A stretch of 64,000 nt of DNA from contig OZ251242.1 of NCBI GenBank assembly GCA_965240325.2, positions 868,001 through 932,000 on the forward strand. Reading direction: 5' to 3'. Of this stretch, positions 1 to 10,168 are shown piece by piece. The position numbers and the translations under genes were made by a program. The DNA comes from Rebecca billardiae RCC1528. Taxonomy: Eukaryota; Protista; Haptophyta. How positions within the stretch are numbered: position 1 is the first letter of the stretch; each line of letters starts with the position of its first letter. The notes under the pieces are model-generated. The model was given only the letters and a program-made list of their open reading frames with translations. It did not search any database and was not told the origin of the DNA.

Positions 1-1650
1 CCGCGGCACACGCCGAGATCGGAGCTCGAGTACGAGCTGCCCCGACGGCGGCGGCACTCGGGGCCGGAGGCGGGCATGCGGCCCGGCGAGGCGCTGGACA
101 CGGCGGCGCGGCTCGGGCTGCGCGCGCCGGAGGACGACGCGTCGCCGCGCCGCGCCGCCCAAGCAGCGGCCATCGCCGACGCCGATCTTTACGCAGATCG
201 GCGCAGCGGCCATGTTCGGCTGCAGGCTCGGAAGCGGGTGCCGGCGCCGGGCAGCGTGGAGCGCGGCGGGCCCGTGGCGCTGCCGCCGCCGCCCAGCGCG
301 GGCGCCGGGGTGCGCTACGAGGAGCCCGTGCCCGCCGCGACGCCCGAGCGCCTCGTCCCTCGCTTTGACGAGGAGGCGCGATCGCTGCCCCGACCCCAGC
401 CGGAGACGGCTGGGCCCTACGCTGCCGAGCGTGACACTTTGCCGCCGCCACAGCCGCAGCCGCAGCAGCTGCAGCAGCCGCAGGAGCAGCCGCACGAGCA
501 GCAGCCGCAGCAGCAGCCGCAGCCGCAGCACTGGGACGCGCCTGGCGAGTTCTACGAGGAGGCGGGCTGGGCGCGTCCGCCACCGCCGCCGCTGCCGCCG
601 CCGCCGCCGCCGCGCGCGCGCGCAGTCTCTCCGGCGCGCGAGCGTTCAATCTCGCCGCGAGATCGCGAGCTGCGCGCGTTCGGAGTCCGGTTCAAGGGGG
701 AAGTCCGGGAGCCGGTGTCGCCGAGGGAGCCGGCGCTGCGCGGCGCGGTGTTCAAGGGGCGGCCGGCCGAGGCGGACGAGGCATGGCGCACCGCGGTGCA
801 GCGCCCGCCCGAGCGCCCGCCGCCATCGCGCTACCAGCAGCTGCTGTCGCCCGGCAGCGGCGGCGCGCACCGTCACGCCGCCGACAACGTCGGCGGCGTC
901 GGCGCTGGCGGCGGCGACGCGCTGGCGGGGTGGGCCGGGGTCGACGACGACTACGCCGGACTGACGTCGGAGGAGGTGCCGCGCGTCGCCTTCCCTCTTG
1001 GCTCCGACCCGCTCGCCGCGGGCAACGACGTCGTGCGCTACCGGTACTACTATGAGCACCCGGCGGCCGGCGCGACCAGCCCGCGGCGCGGCGGCCATGC
1101 GATGGCGGCGGAGGAGTGGCGAGGGAGCCCGCGCGCCGCGGGCGGCGTGAGCCCGCGGGGCGTCCGCGGCGGCGGCGGCGGAGATGGCGGCGGCGCGTGG
1201 ACACGCCAGTATGAGCAGCACTCCCAGTATGAACACCAGCAGCCGTCGCAGCAGCAGCAGCTGCGAGCCGCGTCGCCGCCGTGGCAGCGCGCCGCGTCGC
1301 CGCCGCCCGCGGTCGCGGTCACGCGCGCGTACACACCCTCGCCGCCGCACGCCGCCTCGCGCGAGCGCGGCGGCGGTGGGGGCTTCACGTATGCGTCGCC
1401 GCCGCCGCCAGCGAGCGCCGGCGGCCACGCCGCGCACGCGTCCGCCTCGGCCTCGGCCAGCCGGCTCGAGGCCGCGCGTGCGGCGTACAGGCACGCGGTG
1501 CGTGGCTCGCCGCGCGCCGCGGGCTCATCGGCGAGGCAGCCCGGCGGCCTCGGGCCCGGCGTGCGCGAGCACCAGCCGGGCGGCGGTCCCGCGTCCTCCC
1601 CATACAGGCTCGTGTGGAGCGACACCACGACCCCGAGCTATTGGCAGTAG
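1..1650 (+). CDS. 5'-partial Pro/Gln/Gly/Arg-rich low-complexity protein of unknown function
   Basis: Frame is open from base 1 through ATG 76 to TAG at 1648-1650. GC3-rich codons, poly-P/Q tracts and many SP(R) motifs. Followed by an AT-rich 3' region. Confidence 0.6.
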   Translation, partial: PRHTPRSELEYELPRRRRHSGPEAGMRPGEALDTAARLGLRAPEDDASPRRAAQAAAIADADLYADRRSGHVRLQARKRVPAPGSVERGGPVALPPPPSAGAGVRYEEPVPAATPERLVPRFDEEARSLPRPQPETAGPYAAERDTLPPPQPQPQQLQQPQEQPHEQQPQQQPQPQHWDAPGEFYEEAGWARPPPPPLPPPPPPRARAVSPARERSISPRDRELRAFGVRFKGEVREPVSPREPALRGAVFKGRPAEADEAWRTAVQRPPERPPPSRYQQLLSPGSGGAHRHAADNVGGVGAGGGDALAGWAGVDDDYAGLTSEEVPRVAFPLGSDPLAAGNDVVRYRYYYEHPAAGATSPRRGGHAMAAEEWRGSPRAAGGVSPRGVRGGGGGDGGGAWTRQYEQHSQYEHQQPSQQQQLRAASPPWQRAASPPPAVAVTRAYTPSPPHAASRERGGGGGFTYASPPPPASAGGHAAHASASASASRLEAARAAYRHAVRGSPRAAGSSARQPGGLGPGVREHQPGGGPASSPYRLVWSDTTTPSYWQ

Positions 1651-1780
1651 TAGTAGCACACGCCCACAGGCGGCAGTAGTAGTAGTAGCACACGCCCACG
1701 GGCGGGGGTGCGTGCAGTTATTATTTATATATATTCATTTTCGATATAATCAGCTATAGCATCATCATCACTCATCGGCA

Positions 1781-1860
1781 TGGCCCGCGGTGCACTCGGG
1801 GCGGCCAGCGCGCAGCAGCGTGGAGCCTGCCCGCGGCCCGGGGGCCCTGACACTACGTTC
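1781..1860 (-). repeat. Inverted copy of the right terminus of the 1935-3613 element (long TIR or solo end)
   Basis: tggcccgcggtgcac..gcgcgcagcagcgtggagcc..gggccctga..acgttc is a gapped reverse complement of 3551-3613. Confidence 0.7.
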
Positions 1861-1934
1861 ATTAGTACGTACGTAGTCAAAAAGCGCCGAGATCGGAGGC
1901 GGATATTAATTACATTATTATTATTATTATTATA

Positions 1935-3613
1935 TGACCGCGTTCCGCGGTCCTTTTCCGTAGAACGAACGAATAGTTCAGGGCCCGCGGTGGCGGTGCA
2001 CCCTCCATCGCAGTCGTCTATTGACAGACCCGGAGTTGCATGCCCGTACAACTAGACTCCAGCGGCGCGCCGCCGCCCGCCGCGCCCGGGGCGCGGGCCC
2101 ATCGGCGCACTTCGCAGCCGCCGGCGCGGCGCCGATTGTGTACAGGCGGATGCGACGAGGCGTGATCGACGCATGAGCGCGACTCCACGTGCACGCCAGG
2201 CCACGCGAAGCTGACAGCCAGGGAGCACGGTGCGGGGCCGCGGATTCGTTCGGGCCGCCGCTGCTGACTGACCGCTGTCCCGCCGCGGGTCACCGCGCAC
2301 CGGCAGCGCCAGGATAGTTAGATGATTTGCACTGGTCCGAGTAGGGTTCGACCAGCGCCTGCGCGACGGCCGACAGGCGGGCGCGAGGCGTGATCGACGC
2401 ATGAGCGCAACTCGACGTGCACGCCAGGCCACGCGGAGCTGACAGCCCGAGGGAGCACGGTGCCGAGGTCGGAGGTGCGACTGGGCACCAGTCACGGATC
2501 GTTCGCGCACGCCGCGCGTGCACGGGCTGACACACCTCGATCGATCAGGCTCGGCACGCGTTGCAGAGGCACAGCCAGCTCTGGGGACGTCACGCACCAC
2601 CGTCGCCCGCGCAGCTCGTCCTCCTCGTAGAGTACCGTTCAGTTCCGAGGCGTAGCCCTCGCTCAGAGTCGACCGTCGACGATGGACTCGGATCGTCGGC
2701 GCTCCCCGGAAAGGCATGGCAAGGGCGGCGCGTGGTGAAGTCGAAGACTCAGAGATCGATCAGTCCGGCATCAGGCGCCGCTGCCCCCGAGCTTGCGAGA
2801 GCCCGAATACAGGGCGGCTGCCGCGGCGCGGCCGGGGCGCCCCGGCGCCGACCGGCGCGCGGCCGCGCGCAGGCATCGACACGGGGCGGCGGGGGCGCGC
2901 GGAGTGAGCGGGGGCACGAACGCGATGTCGACGGCAGTCGGGACCCGCCGCAGCCGCGCGCTCCAGGCGCAACTCGCCGCGCGCACCTGCCCATCGCCGT
3001 CCTCACCCGTCGGTCGCTCGTCAGCTCGCCTCCTCTTACGCGGTCTCGCCGCAGCCGTGGCGTACAAAAGTCAAAACGCGGGCCCGCGCGCCCCGGCTCC
3101 CGCTTCCGGTGTCAGTCAGATCTAGTATTGATTGAGATTCGCCGAGGTTGGCCCATCGGCTACTGACCCTTGGCCTTGCCTCGTCGCGGCTCCTGATACA
3201 GACACGGCGCGATTGAATAGTTGATTCAACTGATTCAAGGGACGTACATGGTCACATCGGTTCGCGGCAATCTCTATCTAGATACGTCATCGCTCCTTGG
3301 ACGACCTTGCTGCAATCTCATTGGCCGGAAAAATCGCTTGTAACGGTTCGTTACGTTAGGGATCCTAAAGGGCGTGAAGTTTTTTGGACGGGCGTCACTC
3401 CACGCTTTACTATGAACTTGCCGTGGGCGCGACCTTTTTCGGCCGTGATGCGTGTTAGAGAGGGTCTCAAAATTCGAAACTCGGTCTCCTCCAGCCGTGA
3501 GCCATGAAAATCGTCCCCCGTCCCTTTTTTCTTGATCAAAGATCTTTTTGAAACGTGGTTAGGGCCCACGGAGCGGGCTCCACGCTGCGCGCTCCGCCCT
3601 GCACCGCGGGCCA
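1935..3613. mobile_element. Non-autonomous DNA-transposon-like element, copy 1 (TG...CA ends in TA-rich flanks)
   Basis: First ~210 bp (tgaccgcgttccgcggtccttttccgtagaacg...gattgtgtaca) match 51921-52138. Last ~300 bp (3315-3613) match 53340-53657. Short imperfect terminal symmetry TGACCGCG / CGCGGGCCA. Flanked by (TTA)n/(TA)n. Confidence 0.7.
2157..2463 (+). repeat. Internal ~77-bp direct repeat (2157-2233 and 2385-2463)
   Basis: gaggcgtgatcgacgcatgagcgc...cacgccaggccacgcg.agctgacagcc..gggagcacggtgc occurs twice. Confidence 0.8.
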
Positions 3614-6600
3614 TAATATATATATATATTGATCGAATAATAATAAATATGAAAAAGGGCGCCGGACGACAACGACGGCCGGAGCGAATAAAGCGATTTT
3701 GATGATGACGGTTGAACGCTGCGTTCCTGAGCCCCAGCGCCAGAATTACGCGAGAATAAAGCCGCGGAATTGTTCACATACGAAGAATCGCATTTTCAGC
3801 GCACCCGCATCGGTTGGCGGTCTTCGATTGATGAGCGAACGAGCCCAAAGCCGTGCTATGCGGGCGAGGCAGATCGCGAGAGATTGCCACCGAGGGTTCA
3901 AGAGGCCAAGACGAGAGTGTTTTGTCGTGGCCGGTCGTCGGCGGGCGGCAGGGCTTCGAACGCAGCCCGGCCAGGCCAGGCCGCCAGAGAGTCTCTGCGA
4001 CATTGCTGGCGTGGCTGAGGAGCTCTCGCGCGGGTCCAGGGACATCAGCGCTCAGTGTCAGCCGCGTGCACACCTTCGTAGGTCCACATTGGGCGTCGCC
4101 CTTTGCTTGCACACGCGCGTGCGCACCTGGTACTCTTCTGCGGCTAATGCGCACTCCGCAATCATTGCTCCTGACGCTGATCGTGCAGGTGCGGGCGGGG
4201 GGGGCGAGCCTGCCAGCAGTCGGCGTGCGATGTACGGCGAGTCGCACGTTTCCTATTCGGCCCCGATAGCGGCCACTCGAGCTCTTTCCTCGCCGTCGGA
4301 CACTCTGTGCCCACGCGCCTACAGAGGTCACGGCCCAGATCCGCAGAAAGCTGCCGCCAGTTCACATCCTCACGTTGTGCCTTCGATCGGCTTGGCGTGC
4401 AGTGTCAACAAGCGGTGTGCAGTACTCGTAAGGTCACGCACCAGCTGCAAGCACACCTTCGGAGCCCCAGGCTGGCTCCGGGGGCTGCACGCGAGCGCAC
4501 GCAATGCCTGTACCGCCCGTACCGCCTTGGCCGGCGCCCGCGGCTCGACTCGCTGACTAACTCTGACAATCCAGTCGGCTCGACCGCTGCCAGTGCGCGG
4601 GCGCCCGTAATCTGCGACTCAGACTGGAGGCGTAGCCGGGTCAGCCGTCGGCGTGTTGCCGGCGCACGCCCGCCGGGCCCAGTCACTGCAACATTTACTA
4701 CGGAGCCTCGGTACGATAACGAATACCGGGCGCGGGGCTTTATAAGACTACTGCTCATCACTCGATACTGCGGACCGTCCGCACTATTCACTAACGGGCA
4801 CGCGGCTAAGGTTCCGTTGACCGTCTGTCCGTGCGCGCGCAGCTGATGCTGACACTTGACAGCATTGCCATATTATGCGCACGGCTGAATACTGATGAGG
4901 CAGCAGTCAGCACGCGCCCGCGGACCCAATAAGGTGAGTCACGCTATACGCGGCATGCTGCGCTAAATGCACGATGACGACTGTACCGTAGTGACGACCG
5001 TGTCTGTGATCGAATATCCTGACTCCGATGAACCGCACCACATGTGACATTCCAGCGGCGCCACCGGAGTCCGGCCGTCCTCCGCCTCCTCGGGCTCAGA
5101 CTCTGCGGCTCGCGGTGATGCATGACCGGGCGCGCACCGATGCGCTGCGCGCCCCGCGGTGCCGCCGCGGCGCTGAGACCGCCCACCGTCCATGTCTGGC
5201 GCTGCTTCGGAGTACGTATGATCGCAGGCGCATAGAGGGTAGGGCGCACGACTGTTCTCGGTAGCGCCGACGCTTCGCGCAGCCCGTCAGCCATGAAGCT
5301 GAGCGCGAGTCGGCGGCACGTTTGAGTCGATGAGCGCTGCCACGGCCCGCGGCGCGAGCGGGTCGCCCCGAGCCGGCAGAGCAGCACCGCCACTGGTCCA
5401 GAGGGCAGCGGCACTGAGCCGTCGTGCTATGTGACCCGGGGTCTTACCGTCTTAGGCCAGGCCTCGGCGTGGGCAGAGGCGGCCCAGGCCCTGTGGGCCG
5501 GCAGGCCCAGGCCCAGCGGCGAGCGAGTGTTGCTCGGAGCCGCGCCGTCCAGTGTCCGAGACAGCGCGTGGCCCGGTCAACGAGTGCGTCGTGACTGCGC
5601 CAGGCGCCGCGCCACGTCTGCGACACAGAGCCAAGCACTGCCACTGACGACTGCCGCCGTGCCGACGCATCCACACATCCAAGTCAGTAGGGCTTTGCCA
5701 TGCCGCACGTACAACGGTGCCCACAGATGAGGCGGGCCGCCAGACATGATGAGCGTGAGATCCTGTCTAATGCGGTAATGAGCCATGAGCATCGACGTGT
5801 GATGCAGCACGTCCGGTGGCGGGTAGCTGCGGCACGCGGCGGCGGCGGTCATGAGAAGTATGCTCGTTGCCACCGACCGCAATATCGCTGTAATCGCTGT
5901 GGCCCATCCTCTGCACTGCAGAGATGAAGAGCGACTGAGCAAGCCATGCCGACATGCCGCACCGTGCAGCTGCCGGGACGCGCGCGCTGTCACGAGGGCA
6001 CGCAGGCTGTCGAGAGCAGCGCGGTGGGCAGCATCGAAGACAACTTAAAGTGGGCCCGGGATGCCCACCTGAGTGGTGGCTGAACCTTCAAATCGCGCCC
6101 TTCGATCACCAACTTGTCGGCGGCGCTGGCAAGTTGTCGGGCCACGCGCGGCACGGATGATGAACGGCGCAGGCGTGGCAGGCAGAAACAACAGGAGCTG
6201 CCGGGACTGCGTCGGCCGCGCCTGCCCGCAGTCGTATCGAGCGAGGCTACGCGCACTCAAACATCCCCTAGTCCGTGCACGAGCGTTTGTTCGCCATCGA
6301 CCTCGTACTAGTGTGCCGGGGAGGCGTCGCCTGTCGCCACTCGTAGATCGTCCGCCGACGAAGGGTCTAGGAGCGTTGAGGGCCTGCAGGATCAACCGAT
6401 GGAGAGATGCTGCTGTGTATCCTCACAAAAGCGACGCTTCGGGGCAGATGTTCGAGAGATTATTCGATCAAGCGAAAGTCATAGGTTGCAATTTGGGCCC
6501 ACTACGGCGAGACTTACTCACGTCATTAACAGAAGGTTACCCGCTGCTCAACTTTCGGCCCCCTTCAGCGACGTCTCGACCAATGGCGCGCGTGGGATGA

Positions 6601-6937
6601 AAGAAAGGTTCTCTGATCTCGCGTAATTCTGGCGCTGCGGCTCAGGAACGCAGCGCTACGGTGATGGCGGTGCAAGACGAGCAGGCGGGTGATACTATGA
6701 TGCGAGTTTCGTTCGTCGCTATATTATTTTTGAGCTAGGGCGGCCCCTATATTGTATGTACCGCGCCCATCATATATATCGATGACGACGAAAAAAGGGC
6801 GCGCGCCCGGCTGCGTCCGGCCCATCATTCATCAATCGATTCAGCTGCTCTCTCTCTCTCTGGCTTGCTCTGGCACTCTCTCTCTCTCTCTATGGACGCG
6901 GGCGTGGGATCAGATACCCCGTGGGTGAAGCAAGCAT

Positions 6938-6939
<2 letters not shown>

Positions 6940-7002
<63 letters not shown>
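6940..7002. repeat. (TA)n microsatellite
   Basis: About 31 perfect AT units. Confidence 0.97.
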
Positions 7003-7003
<1 letters not shown>

Positions 7004-7065
7004 CAGTATGTGCACATATACATATATCCTTCTTGTATGCCAGAATACGATATATTATTACGAGT

Positions 7066-7545
7066 TTGCCGAGCGACGTCCGTCGGCACGGTCGGCAAGT
7101 CGCACAGCGTGAGGCCAGCCGGCGCTGTCGGCGCTGCCGCCGTGTCGCTGGGAGGCGGCTCGCGCTGCACGGCTGTCGACCCATCCGGCGCGGCACAGCC
7201 GGTGCACGTTACGACGGCGACATGGCGCCACGCGCACAGCTCATCGTGAATGCCGTCGTCGTACTGCGTCCTCGCCGACGGCGGGCGACGCCACCTTCGT
7301 CGCGCGCTTGTACCCCGGCCGGCCGCACCGCACGCGGCACGACGCAGCGCTCGGACGCGAGCGCGCGCTGGAAGAGGCGGCACACGTTGTGCGCAACGTG
7401 CTCGTCGCCGCACGCGAGCTGCGCCCACGGCTAACTGCCAATACGATCGCCGCACAGCGCGCACGGCACATCGAAGACCGCTGACCGGGGACGCGGCGGC
7501 GGCGCCATCGTCCGCGAGCGAGCGTGATTGCGCGAGGGCTCCAAG
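7066..7545 (-). pseudogene. Truncated, disrupted copy A of the RING/F-box/RCC1 family
   Basis: Homologous to the N-terminus of the intact copies (VPCALCGDRIGS*, HVAHNVC, LTLCDLPT). Has an in-frame TAG at ~7432 and small insertions, and ends inside the F-box near the (TA)n tract. Confidence 0.88.
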
Positions 7546-7821
7546 TGCAGTGGGCCGGAGCCAGCTCGAGTGGCGCGCGCGGTCGTTGTGATCACGACGA
7601 CGATGACCGTTGGCGGGGGAAAATCATACACTATGGGGGTAAGGCGTTCATCAGCGGCATGTGCTGTTGCCTGCTCGGACAGCCGGGACACCCGCGTATG
7701 CTCGCTGACATCACTACACGGCTCACGCGTCAGCATGCGCCGCCTGCGTCTCCATCGGCGGCTGCCACGAGCACGCGCCGGCCGGTGGCCACTTGGCCCA
7801 GCGCCAGCGCGCACCGAGTGC

Positions 7822-9654
7822 TTACGCACCCCGGCGCCGCAAGGGTGGCAGCTGCGCAATAAGCGCAGGAGAGGTGAGGTCGGCCATCCCGTCGTCAAAG
7901 CTCACACCGTGGCCGAGCGCTGCAGACTGCCTGCCACACGAGTACGCAACGCGATCCGACGTGATCCAAAGCGCCTGGCGGTACTCGAGAAAGCAGTCCA
8001 CCAGCTGGCCATGCGCTGGGGCGTGCACGCGCACCGGAAGCAGCTGATCTGCATAAGCTGGGCCGATGCCAAGCTGGCCGTGCTCGTTGGCGCCAAAGGT
8101 GTACACGCTGCCGTCCGCGCCGATCACCGCGCTGCACTCACTGCCCGCACTGGCGCGTACGATGCGCACGCCCTGCAGCGCCTCGATGCGCCTGGGCACG
8201 AGTGTGGCGGACTCGTCACCATGGCCAAGGCCACCGTAATCCCCAGGCCCAAACGAGTGCACACCGCCTGTGGCCTCTACCACCAGGCTGTGATAATCGC
8301 CAGCGCTCACGTGCACGGCGCGCACGCCCTCCAGCGCCTCGATGCGCTGCGGCGTAAGCAGAGGTTGTCCGTCGCCATGCCCGAGGCGGCCTGCTTCGCC
8401 GCCACCGCACGAGTACACCGCACCGCTCGTCGACAGCAGCAGCGTGTGCCCGTAACCAGCGGACATGCCGCCCACGCGCACACCGTCCAGCGCCTCGATG
8501 CGCACAGGCTCCAGCCGATTCGCAAAGTCGCCGTGGCCGAGCTGGCCGCACTCATTCCGTCCCCAGCTGTACACTCCGCCCGCTGCGGTGAGCGCGAGGC
8601 TGAAGTGTCCATTAGCGGCGATGCCCACGACGAGCCCCATGCTGCTCATGCCCAGCGCGGTGAAGACACGGCGCGTCTCTTTGTCGCCCAGGCCCAGCTG
8701 GCCGTAAGAATTCTCACCGCATGCGTACACGGCACCACAGTCGCTCAGCGCGAGCAGGTGTCGATAGCCAGCAGCCACCGCACGCATGCACACCGCCGAG
8801 AGCGATGCCACGCGCGTCGGCACGAGGACCGCTGCCGAGTCGCGCAGCTCCGGATGGCCCAGTGCGGCGGGCGCCCACAGCCCTGTCTCATCCTCCTCCT
8901 CACCGCACGTGTGCAGCCCGCCCGATCCATCCACGAACGCGCTGAAAGCCCCACCGACATCGGGCGCGCTGCCGCATACGGCCACGCACACGTGCTCATC
9001 TGCATGCTCCAGCACACGCTCGCGCGCGAACAGCTCCGCCCTCCACGAGCACGCGCCCGTGGGGAGAGCCGCCGGCAGCGCGCCCTCATGACCACGCTGC
9101 TGCGCGCGCTCGCGCAGCGCGTGCTCCACCGGCGAGCGTTCGCCGGGCGCGCCGCGGAAGAGGCGCGACGTGGCGTTGGCACTCGCCAGATCGTGCGCGC
9201 ACTCGAGCCAGCCGAGGATGCGCGAGACCACGTCCGTCGGCAGGTCGTACAGCGTGAGGCCAGCCGGCGCTGTCGGCGCTGCCGCCGTATCTCCGGGTGG
9301 TGGTTCGCGCTGCACGGTTGTCGACCCTTCCGGCGCGGCAGAGCCGGTGCACGTCGCCACATCGACATGCTGCCAAGAGCCGAGCTCGTGAATGCCGTCG
9401 AACTGCGTCCTCGCCGACGCCGCCTTCGTCACGCGCTTGCACCCCGGCCGGCCGCACCGCACGACGCAGCGCTCGGACGCGAGCGCGCGCTGGAAGAGGC
9501 ACACGTTGTGCGCGACGTGCTCGTCGCCACACGCGAGCTGCGCCCACGGCTGGCTGCCAATACGATCGCCGCACAGCGCGCACGGCACCTCGAAGACCGG
9601 GGACGCGGCGGCGGCGCCGTCGTCCGCGAGCGAGCGCTTGCGCGAGGGCTCCAT
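7822..9654 (-). CDS. RING-H2-like + F-box + RCC1-repeat protein, copy B
   Basis: CALC-x13-C-x3-H-x2-H-x2-C...C-x4-C. F-box LYDLPTDVVSRILGWL..HDLASANATSRLFR. RCC1 repeats (VYSWGxNxxGQLGHGD, SAGxxHT/S). ATG 9654 (MEPSRKRS) is the start shared by all copies; the upstream ORF extension starts at a non-ATG codon. Confidence 0.88.
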   Translation of the reverse strand: MEPSRKRSLADDGAAAASPVFEVPCALCGDRIGSQPWAQLACGDEHVAHNVCLFQRALASERCVVRCGRPGCKRVTKAASARTQFDGIHELGSWQHVDVATCTGSAAPEGSTTVQREPPPGDTAAAPTAPAGLTLYDLPTDVVSRILGWLECAHDLASANATSRLFRGAPGERSPVEHALRERAQQRGHEGALPAALPTGACSWRAELFARERVLEHADEHVCVAVCGSAPDVGGAFSAFVDGSGGLHTCGEEEDETGLWAPAALGHPELRDSAAVLVPTRVASLSAVCMRAVAAGYRHLLALSDCGAVYACGENSYGQLGLGDKETRRVFTALGMSSMGLVVGIAANGHFSLALTAAGGVYSWGRNECGQLGHGDFANRLEPVRIEALDGVRVGGMSAGYGHTLLLSTSGAVYSCGGGEAGRLGHGDGQPLLTPQRIEALEGVRAVHVSAGDYHSLVVEATGGVHSFGPGDYGGLGHGDESATLVPRRIEALQGVRIVRASAGSECSAVIGADGSVYTFGANEHGQLGIGPAYADQLLPVRVHAPAHGQLVDCFLEYRQALWITSDRVAYSCGRQSAALGHGVSFDDGMADLTSPALIAQLPPLRRRGA

Positions 9655-10168
9655 GTCGTCCGGAGCTCGATCCGTGTGGTCACGATGAGCAACCGTTGGG
9701 CGGAGGATTTCGTCGTCATCGATTGTACAGCGTCGCCCCCGATACTGTGTGTTCAAAACCAGTTTCCAGGTCTCTCTTCGGAGAGCGTGCGATGAAGGAT
9801 GGCGCGGCAACCTGCCACCGTGAGCCTTACGCACGTTAAAACAAATAAACTGTACAGGCCCATACTGTCGTGTACGACTGTATTGCGGCTGCGCGCTTGT
9901 TAGATACTCATACTACGGTATGGGGGTACTAAGAACTAAGACGTTCATCAAAGTTGTCCTGTGCTGTTGGCTGTTGCCTGCTCGGACAGCCGAAGGCACC
10001 CGCGTTTGCTCAATCACGTCAATACTGTCATACAGGGCTCACGAGTCACGTGCCGTCATGCGCCGCCTACGGCTCCATCCGACGTCCATCGGCGATTCGG
10101 CGGCTGCCACGAGCACGCGCCGGCCGGTTGCGACTTGGCCCTGCGTCACCGCGCACCGAGTGGCAGTG

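Noticed and set aside
7528-9795. Long plus-strand ORFs over the array and other long antisense or alternate-frame ORFs (e.g. 19168-20955, 26273-28099, 38409-40490, 40969-43317)
   Set aside because: Shadow ORFs caused by high GC. They are Arg/Ala-rich with no motifs and overlap well-supported genes.
9655-9834. 60-aa N-terminal extension MRKAHGG... in copies B, D and E
   Set aside because: It starts at a non-ATG codon and is absent from copies C and F; MEPSRKRS is the common start.
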